DNA of 64,000 nt from an uncultured delta proteobacterium. Lineage in GTDB: Bacteria; Myxococcota; Myxococcia; Myxococcales; Myxococcaceae. Under the pieces are notes generated by a model. It worked only from the letters and a program-made list of their open reading frames with translations, ran no database searches and was not told the origin of the DNA. The stretch is from positions 46,767-110,766 of the forward strand of contig CAVXCY010000001.1 of the NCBI GenBank assembly GCA_963760425.1, in the 5' to 3' direction. Shown piece by piece: positions 8,684-15,191 of the stretch. Both the position numbers and the translations under genes were made by a program. Position 1 is the stretch's first letter; each line of letters begins with the position of its first letter.

Positions 8684-10525
8684 TCAGCCGCGCCTGCCGT
8701 CACGGCCGGAGCGGCGGGCAACCAGAAGCAGAAGGAACAAGCTCGCGACCCCTGGCGGCGCTCCACCGCTGCTGCTGCAGCCGGTGGACGTCACGGTGGG
8801 CAGCGTGGAGGTGGACGTCAGGACGTCGTCCGCGCTCGTCGCTGTGGCGCTGACGGTGGCCTGCACGCGGAAGGGGTGGGGGGCGCCGGTCGGGACGTGC
8901 AGGGTGACGACCGTCAGCAAAAGCGCACCCGGGGCGAGGGTGCCCAGCGCGCAGGGGAATGCCGCGGACGGGCAGGCTCCAGCCGAGGAGACGACGCTGA
9001 CCCCGGGCGGGAGTGCCAAGCTGAGGTTCACCTCGGTGGCCGCGGTCGGGCGGCGGTTGACCAGCGTCACCAGGTAGGTGCTGTCGGCGTTGGGGTACAC
9101 CTGCTGCGCCAGGGCCTTCGTCACCACCACCGACAGGCCGTTCACCACCGTCCATCCGAGGTCCGACAGGACGGCCGGAGTGAGGTCCAGACTGGAGCGG
9201 ACGCTGGGCTCGATGCTCGGCTCCATCAGCAGGGCCGGCGCGGCGCTGGTGTCGAAATGGGACACCGACGAGGCGCTGACCACCGCCGTCGGCGTGTACA
9301 GCAGCACCCGGGTCCCGGAGCTGTCCACCCCGGCGCGCAGCGGACTCTCCCCGAAGGTGCCGGTGACGGGGCCGACCGCAGCCTGCTCGGCGATGGCGGT
9401 GCCCGTCTCCAGCGAGGTGAAGCCGACCGGGATGGACAGCGCTGGCGAGCCACTCGGCGTCACCAGGGGCGCGCCAGGCAAGTAGTTGAAGAGGATGACA
9501 CCCACCGCGCCAGCGTCCTGGGCGCGATTGGCCTTGTCCCAGAAGCGGCAGAAGGTGCCCGCGTCGGGGTTGCTTCGCTGGATGAGGACGAGATGGCCCG
9601 CGACCTCGCCGGGATTGGTGAAGTCGCTACAGCCGTCCAGGGGGGCGGCGGCGGCGATGGGCGCCGAGCCCTCGACCCACGGCCCGCTGAAGCTGGCCCG
9701 CGCCAAGGGCACCGGGTTCTGGAGCGCTGGGACATTCACGCTCAAGGTGGGGAGGTACTGCAGGACGTCCGGCACCGCCGCTGCCAGTGCCGGCCCCTCC
9801 AGCGCCAGGCTGCCGGCGGTGTCGGCGAGGTACCTCCGCTCGAGGGCCGTCTGGGACTGCCAGGTGGCGTTGTCCGGCACGTCCCACACGTGGAAGTCGA
9901 AGACGGATGGCTGGTATTGCCCGAAGCTTCCGCTGTAGGCGTCCACGAAGGACAAGAAGCCCAGGCCGTGGGCCATCTCGTGAAGGAACAGCGAGACGAG
10001 CTCGTTCTGGGAGGAGGTCCCGCCGCCCACCAGCCCGGGGTAGTAGCTGTGACCCTCCAAGCAGTCGGGCGTCCCGACGCCGGCGTTGAAGCGGGAGATG
10101 ATGTGCGCCTGGCCCGGCGTGAGCTCCCTCCCCAGCAGCGCGTTGGCGAGGGCCACCGGGTAGGCAGCCCCCGGGACCGGAAGCGCTGCCCCCGTGACGA
10201 TGGTTGCCGTCTGGGTGATGCCGAGGATGCCAGTGGTGGGCCCGCAGGTGAGGCGTCCGTCCTGCTCGGGGGTGACGAAGGCGCTGTCGACGACGATGCC
10301 CACCTGACTCTTCAGCGTGGCTCCCCAGATGCTGGCGGCGTACTGCAGCGCGATGATGGCCTGGTCGCCGCGGGTGGTCCCGAAGTTGAGGCCCACCGGG
10401 CTGGCCGGCGTCGGGTCGTTGAGGCCCTGCCCCGGCGCATTGGTATCCAGAATGGAGATGTCGGCCCCCTGCGCCCCGTGCGCGGACAGCGCGAGGACGG
10501 CCAAGGAGACGACAAGGGTGCGCAT
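8684..10525 (-). CDS. secreted PA-domain HEXXH metalloprotease-like protein with MYXO-CTERM tail
   Basis: Signal peptide MRTLVVSLAVLALSAHGAQG. LHEMAHGLGF (HEXXHXXG). PA-like segment GHLVLIQRS..DAGAVGVILFN. C-terminal GCSSSGG + hydrophobic stretch + RRSGR (MYXO-CTERM-like). ATG at 10525 chosen inside the longer ORF. Confidence 0.8.
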   Translation of the reverse strand: MRTLVVSLAVLALSAHGAQGADISILDTNAPGQGLNDPTPASPVGLNFGTTRGDQAIIALQYAASIWGATLKSQVGIVVDSAFVTPEQDGRLTCGPTTGILGITQTATIVTGAALPVPGAAYPVALANALLGRELTPGQAHIISRFNAGVGTPDCLEGHSYYPGLVGGGTSSQNELVSLFLHEMAHGLGFLSFVDAYSGSFGQYQPSVFDFHVWDVPDNATWQSQTALERRYLADTAGSLALEGPALAAAVPDVLQYLPTLSVNVPALQNPVPLARASFSGPWVEGSAPIAAAAPLDGCSDFTNPGEVAGHLVLIQRSNPDAGTFCRFWDKANRAQDAGAVGVILFNYLPGAPLVTPSGSPALSIPVGFTSLETGTAIAEQAAVGPVTGTFGESPLRAGVDSSGTRVLLYTPTAVVSASSVSHFDTSAAPALLMEPSIEPSVRSSLDLTPAVLSDLGWTVVNGLSVVVTKALAQQVYPNADSTYLVTLVNRRPTAATEVNLSLALPPGVSVVSSAGACPSAAFPCALGTLAPGALLLTVVTLHVPTGAPHPFRVQATVSATATSADDVLTSTSTLPTVTSTGCSSSGGAPPGVASLFLLLLVARRSGRDGRRG

Positions 10526-10547
10526 GAACCCCCCTGGGGGCATCTCG

Positions 10548-12749
10548 CTAGACGCTACCGCGCCGCCGATGCAGGGCGAGTCCGAAGGCGAGTCCCAGAA
10601 GGCCGAGCACGGTCGCCGGCTCTCCGCTGGTGCTGCAGCCGCTCTTGCCCGTGACGGAGAAGGCGTAGGAGGCGCTGTTGTTGCCCGGGTTCGGGTCCTG
10701 CGTCGTGGAGCTGACGGTGGCGGTGAAGGTGGCCCCACTCGCGAACCCGGCCGGGACCGCGAAGCTGCTGGTCACGCTGACCGAGGCACCGGCAGTAAGG
10801 GTTCCCACGGTGCACGGGAACGCCCCTGTGCAGACGCCGCTGTTGGCACTGAAGGTGGGGGGGTTGGCCGCGCCGGACACCGCGCCGTTGAGAACCACCC
10901 CGGTGGCCGTGCCTGGCCCGGCGTTGGTGACGGTGGTGACCAGCGTCGCCGTCGAGCCGGGGATGACCGCCGAGGGGCCAGTCACGCTCACCTTCACGTC
11001 TCCGCCGGTCGCCACCGTCTGGGTGGTGGTGGCAGTCAAGCTGTCGGCGGCGCTGGGCGAGGAGGGGGTGAGGGTGACGCTCACCGGGAAGGGCCCAGAG
11101 GCAGTCGCGGCCACCTGCAGGGTGGTGACGACGATGACCACGTCGCCCGCCTGCATCGGCCCAAAGGTGCAGGGAAAACCCGAACATCCCGCTGGACCGG
11201 AGACGGTGGAGACGACGTTGCTGCTGGAAGGAGGCGTCAGCGCGAGCGTCACGCTGTTGATGGCGGTCGGGCGGCGGTTGATGACGGCGATGACGTAGCT
11301 ACTAGTGTTCCCCGCCACCACCAGTGGCTCGAGCAGCTTCACCACCCCGACGGTGAGGCCCTCCACCACCGACCAGCCCAGGTCCGACATCACGTCGGGC
11401 GTGAAGTCCATGTCGAGCCGGATGTCGGGCTGGATGGCGAACTCCATGTTCAGTGTCCGCGGGTAGGAATTGGCATTCCAGTGGATGACCGACGAGCCGG
11501 GACTCACCGTCGAGGGCGTGTAGAGCAGCACCCGGGTTCCGCTCGGGTCCGTGTTGGACACCTGGGCCCCGGAGCCGAAGTTCGCCGTCACAACGCCCGC
11601 CTGCAGCTCGCTCTGAAGGGCGTCCCCATCCGCCTGGCTGATGAAGACCGCCGGCGTGCTCAGCGCTGGAGTCCCGGACATCGTCACCAGCCCCTCGACG
11701 TGGTTGTCGAAGATGATGACGCCGGCCGCCCCAGCGTCCGCGGCGCGTTCGGCCTTGCTTAGGAAGGTGCACACCACCCCGGCGTCCGCGTAGCTGCGCT
11801 GGATGAGGGCGTAGTTGCCCGCAATCGCTGCGCGATTGGTCAGGTCGCTGCAGGCATCGAGCGGGATGGCCGCCACCAGCGGTGCCGAGCCGACCAGCGG
11901 CCCGGAGAACTCCCCCTTGGCAAAGCCGACCTGGGTGGTGACGCCAGCAAAATGGGTGAGAAGTTCGGGCGGCGGTGCCAGGTAGGTGGGGATGTCCTTG
12001 CGGACCGCCGGTCCGTCGAAGGCCAGGCCGGACGGGGTACTGGCCAAGAGTCGCCGGGTGGCAGCGGTCTCGCTCGTCCAGGGGACTCCGGCGTCCACGT
12101 CGAAGATGTGGAAGTCGAAGATGGACAAATCGTTGCTTTCCGCCAGGCCGCTGCCGGGATTCACCAGGGACGAGTACCCGAGCCCGTGACCGAACTCGTG
12201 ATTTAGGGTGGTGAACAGGCTGACCTGGCCGTTGGGGATGTTGCCGTCCAGTCCGAAGTACCAGGCCGCGGGAAACGCACAGGCGCTCGTTCCGAGGTCC
12301 CCGTTGATGTTGACCTGGAACTGGGTACCGCCCAGCGCCTGGTCCGTCCCGGCAAGCGCGTTGGCCAGCGCGAAGTCATAGCCGGCGGTGGGGTTGGGAA
12401 AGGTGGTGCTGGTGACGTAGCCGCTCGGCGAGGTGTAGGCCAGGACGGTGGAGTTGGAGGTACAGGTGAAGACCGAATCGGTCGCGGCGCTGTTGAACTG
12501 GCTGTCGATGACGATGGGAACGGCGCTCCGCACGCTGGCGCCCCACATCGCCGCGGTGGTCTGGAAGACGATGAGCGCCTGCTGCCCACGGGTGGTTCCA
12601 ATATTCACCGAGACTGGCTGGGCCGGCGTCGGGTCGTCGAAGCCAGCGGCCTGGGTGTTGGCGATGGACAGGTCTGCCGCCCAGGCGGAGGAGGAGCCCA
12701 AGAGGCCCACCGCGGCGGGGAGGATGGCCAGGAGGCGGTGCGCCTTCAC
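10548..12749 (-). CDS. secreted PA-domain HEXXH metalloprotease-like protein with MYXO-CTERM tail (paralog of 8684..10525)
   Basis: Signal peptide MKAHRLLAILPAAVGLLGSSSAWA. LNHEFGHGLGY. PA-like GNYALIQRS..DAGAAGVIIFDN. Extra Ig/DUF11-like repeats. C-terminal GCSTSGE + hydrophobic stretch + HRRRG. GTG start overlaps the upstream stop (GTGA). Confidence 0.8.
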   Translation of the reverse strand: MKAHRLLAILPAAVGLLGSSSAWAADLSIANTQAAGFDDPTPAQPVSVNIGTTRGQQALIVFQTTAAMWGASVRSAVPIVIDSQFNSAATDSVFTCTSNSTVLAYTSPSGYVTSTTFPNPTAGYDFALANALAGTDQALGGTQFQVNINGDLGTSACAFPAAWYFGLDGNIPNGQVSLFTTLNHEFGHGLGYSSLVNPGSGLAESNDLSIFDFHIFDVDAGVPWTSETAATRRLLASTPSGLAFDGPAVRKDIPTYLAPPPELLTHFAGVTTQVGFAKGEFSGPLVGSAPLVAAIPLDACSDLTNRAAIAGNYALIQRSYADAGVVCTFLSKAERAADAGAAGVIIFDNHVEGLVTMSGTPALSTPAVFISQADGDALQSELQAGVVTANFGSGAQVSNTDPSGTRVLLYTPSTVSPGSSVIHWNANSYPRTLNMEFAIQPDIRLDMDFTPDVMSDLGWSVVEGLTVGVVKLLEPLVVAGNTSSYVIAVINRRPTAINSVTLALTPPSSSNVVSTVSGPAGCSGFPCTFGPMQAGDVVIVVTTLQVAATASGPFPVSVTLTPSSPSAADSLTATTTQTVATGGDVKVSVTGPSAVIPGSTATLVTTVTNAGPGTATGVVLNGAVSGAANPPTFSANSGVCTGAFPCTVGTLTAGASVSVTSSFAVPAGFASGATFTATVSSTTQDPNPGNNSASYAFSVTGKSGCSTSGEPATVLGLLGLAFGLALHRRRGSV

Positions 12750-13117
12750 TGGGCCGCCTTGGCGGGTGAAGCCGAGGCGGGCTCGCCCAGAAACGCATCG
12801 GCTTCATCGGCCGAATCCACGCAGCGCGTGCTCACCGTGCCGTCCGGGTTGGTCTTGGCGACCAGGACCTCGTTGAAGCCTCCGCGAATGCGAATGATGC
12901 GCGTGCCGGGAACGGGCCCGGCGGAGACGTCGAGGTTCTCAGCGCCGCGCGCGGTGAGCTGGCGGACGCTCTCGTGGAGGTCCGGGGCGGCCGCGAGCCC
13001 GGCAGCGGGTCCGCGCGCCGGGGAGGGCGCAGAAATTGCGGGACCTGGGCCATTCGCCGAGCAGGCGGCGAGCAGGACCAGCATCCAGGGGAAGGCCTTG
13101 GCTGGGTGGAAAGTCAT
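12746..13117 (-). CDS. small lipoprotein, hypothetical (first gene of the protease operon)
   Basis: Lipobox-like MLVLLAACSANG. The stop overlaps the next gene's start by 4 nt. Start is either ATG 13117 or GTG 13126. Confidence 0.6.
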   Translation of the reverse strand: MTFHPAKAFPWMLVLLAACSANGPGPAISAPSPARGPAAGLAAAPDLHESVRQLTARGAENLDVSAGPVPGTRIIRIRGGFNEVLVAKTNPDGTVSTRCVDSADEADAFLGEPASASPAKAAQ

Positions 13118-13149
13118 GGAGGGCACCGGGGGAGATTAACCCGGCACAC

Positions 13150-13166
13150 CCCAAGTTGGTTGCCAC
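13150..13166 (-). promoter_or_regulatory. candidate sigma-54 (-24/-12) promoter for the lipoprotein/protease operon
   Basis: Minus strand reads TGGCAA-CCAAC-TTGG, against the consensus TGGCAC-N5-TTGC. Spacing is correct and the element sits about 25-35 nt upstream of the start codons at 13126/13117. Confidence 0.3.
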
Positions 13167-13248
13167 GCTTTTGGCGTTCGCCGCCACCTTCAAATTCATC
13201 CCGGGGCCGTCTCCTCTGCCCCCGGTGCAGTGTGTTACTCATGCCACC

Positions 13249-13455
13249 ATGGGTGACGGTGTAGACAAGGAAGCCCGGGAGCGGGCCAAGGCCATCGCCG
13301 AGCAGCAGAGAGCCGAGCGGCGCCAGCGCAAGCGCCGCTGCGTTCTGTGCGGCGTCGAGGAGTCGGAGCGCACGCCCCTGGGACCCCACCCGGACGGCAT
13401 TGGCCCGGCCTGCCGGGAAGAGGCCGCCTGCATGGCGCGTCGCGCCACCCGCTGA
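13249..13455 (+). CDS. small basic Cys-containing protein, hypothetical
   Basis: 68 aa with good G/C third-position bias. Sequence RKRRCVLCGV...GPACREEAAC. No family recognised. Confidence 0.45.
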   Translation: MGDGVDKEARERAKAIAEQQRAERRQRKRRCVLCGVEESERTPLGPHPDGIGPACREEAACMARRATR

Positions 13456-13536
13456 CAACGTCACCCCGTCCGCCCGTCCTGCAGCTTTCCCGTCTCGTTG
13501 CTGACAGGTGGACTTTGGACATATGACGGCTAGCCG

Positions 13537-13734
13537 ATGGGCGGGCAGGCGTTCACGGGGGTCAAGGTGTTCTCCACCACACTCGCGCGGGACCGCGAGG
13601 TCATGGGAGAGGCCATCACCCGCTGGCTACGGGAGAACCCGAACGCTGAAATCGTCGACAAGGTCGTGACGCAGAGCTCGGATAAGGAGTTCCACTGCCT
13701 CACCATCACGCTCTTCTTCCGCCCGAGGCCCTAG
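13537..13734 (+). CDS. small hypothetical protein
   Basis: 65 aa, ATG start, balanced globular-looking composition (VKVFSTTLARDREVMGEAITRWLRENPNAEIVDKVVTQSSDKEFHCLTITLFF). Confidence 0.55.
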   Translation: MGGQAFTGVKVFSTTLARDREVMGEAITRWLRENPNAEIVDKVVTQSSDKEFHCLTITLFFRPRP

Positions 13735-13798
13735 CCGCTCCAACTGGGCGCCATCCGCTTGCGTCGCCAGGCCCGGCTCGTCAGTCTTCCCCGTCTCG

Positions 13799-14521
13799 AT
13801 GCCACGACGACGTCACCTCGGCCCCGGCTTCCCCGGCATGCGCAGCGCCGCCGTGCGGCTCGCCGTGGCGCTGGTTGCGGGCTCGGTCCTCTACGCGCTT
13901 CTGCGACAGAGCTACGGCTCGGCGCTTCTCCTCACGCCGGCGGACGTCCTGGGCCGGTTCTGGCTGTGGCAGCCGCTTACCTACTGCCTCATCGAGACCA
14001 GCCCAATGGGCGTCATCTTCTCCGCCCTCGTGCTGTGGCAGGTGGGCGGCTCGCTCGAGCAAAGCTGGGGACCGCGACGGCTGGTGACCTTCGCGCTGGG
14101 GACGACGGTGCTGGCAGGCCTGCTCACTGTCGCCCTGGCGGTCCTGGTCCCCGCCCTGGCACCGGTGAGCTTCGGCGGCGGCTGGGTGATGGGCATTAGC
14201 CTGTGGGTGGCCTTCGGGCTGTCCCTGGGCCGGGTCGGGACCAACTTCTGGGGCCTCCCGGTCTCGGGCAACATCCTGGCCCTCATCGGCGTCGGCTTCG
14301 TCTTCCTCGAGGGCGCCTTCTACGGCTGGCTATTGGTGGTCCCCTCGGTGCTGGGCCTGCTACTGGCCGCCGGCTACCTCAAGGTTGGTGGCCCCGAGCT
14401 GTGGTGGCTCCGCTTCCAGTCCTGGCGCCTGCACCGCCGGCTGCGGGGCCGCTCCAAGCACCTCAAGCTGGTGGCGCCCGACCGCAACACCCCGCGGGAT
14501 TCGGACCGGTACCTGCACTGA
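13799..14521 (+). CDS. polytopic membrane protein, rhomboid-like/DUF1751-like (uncertain)
   Basis: 240 aa with about 6 hydrophobic helices and a basic C-terminal tail. I do not see a clear GxSG rhomboid catalytic motif. Confidence 0.6.
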   Translation: MPRRRHLGPGFPGMRSAAVRLAVALVAGSVLYALLRQSYGSALLLTPADVLGRFWLWQPLTYCLIETSPMGVIFSALVLWQVGGSLEQSWGPRRLVTFALGTTVLAGLLTVALAVLVPALAPVSFGGGWVMGISLWVAFGLSLGRVGTNFWGLPVSGNILALIGVGFVFLEGAFYGWLLVVPSVLGLLLAAGYLKVGGPELWWLRFQSWRLHRRLRGRSKHLKLVAPDRNTPRDSDRYLH

Positions 14522-14584
14522 GAGGTGCAACGCGGGCCCAGCCCGAGTATGCATTCCCGCCCACGTTCACTTTTGAGGAGATAG

Positions 14585-15166
14585 ATGCGTACTGCCATCG
14601 CTGCGCTTGCCGTTTTCGCCCTGCCCTTGTCCGCCCATGCTTCGGAGTGGGGCTTCGACTCTGCTCACACGAGCGCTCAGTTCGCCGTGAAGCACATGAT
14701 GGTCTCCACGGTGCGTGGCGCCTTCAGCGGCGTTAGCGGCTCAGTGCACCTCGACGACAAAGACGTCACCAAGAGCACGGTCGAGGCAACCATCCCGCTC
14801 GACACGGTGGATACCCGCGAGCCAAAGCGGGACGGCCACCTCAAGTCGCCGGACTTCTTCGACGTGGCGAAGTTCCCGACCATGACGTTCAAGTCCACCA
14901 AGGTCGCTCCCGGCCAGGGCGGTAAGCTCATCATCGACGGCGTCCTCACCCTGCATGGCGTGAGCAAGCCGGTGGTGCTGGAGGCGGAAATCACGCCCGA
15001 GGTCAAGGGGATGGGCGGCCGGGTCAGCCGGGGCGTCTCGGCGACCACCAAGGTGAACCGGAAGGACTTCGGCCTGGTGTGGAACAAGCCCCTCGAGACG
15101 GGCGGCGTACTCATCGGCGACGACGTCAACATCCAAATCGACGCCGAGCTCCAGCCCAAGTCCTAG
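14585..15166 (+). CDS. YceI-family periplasmic protein
   Basis: Signal peptide, then WGFDSAHTSAQFAVKHMMVSTVRGAF..REPKRDGHLKSPDFFDV..FPTMTF, typical YceI. GAGGAG RBS at 14575-14580. Confidence 0.9.
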   Translation: MRTAIAALAVFALPLSAHASEWGFDSAHTSAQFAVKHMMVSTVRGAFSGVSGSVHLDDKDVTKSTVEATIPLDTVDTREPKRDGHLKSPDFFDVAKFPTMTFKSTKVAPGQGGKLIIDGVLTLHGVSKPVVLEAEITPEVKGMGGRVSRGVSATTKVNRKDFGLVWNKPLETGGVLIGDDVNIQIDAELQPKS

Positions 15167-15191
15167 CGCCGGCGCGGCCCGCCGGGGGCGG

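Noticed and set aside
8324-10654. 776-aa plus-strand ORF across ohr and the first protease gene
   Set aside because: It is antisense to genes with clear family motifs. The composition is low-complexity (R/G/A/D) and no motifs are present.
15169-15185. Hairpin CCGGCG-cggcc-CGCCGG between the convergent yceI and proline-rich genes, considered as a bidirectional terminator
   Set aside because: The stem is only 6 bp with no flanking T/A tract. Stems like this arise by chance at this GC content, so it is not listed as a feature.
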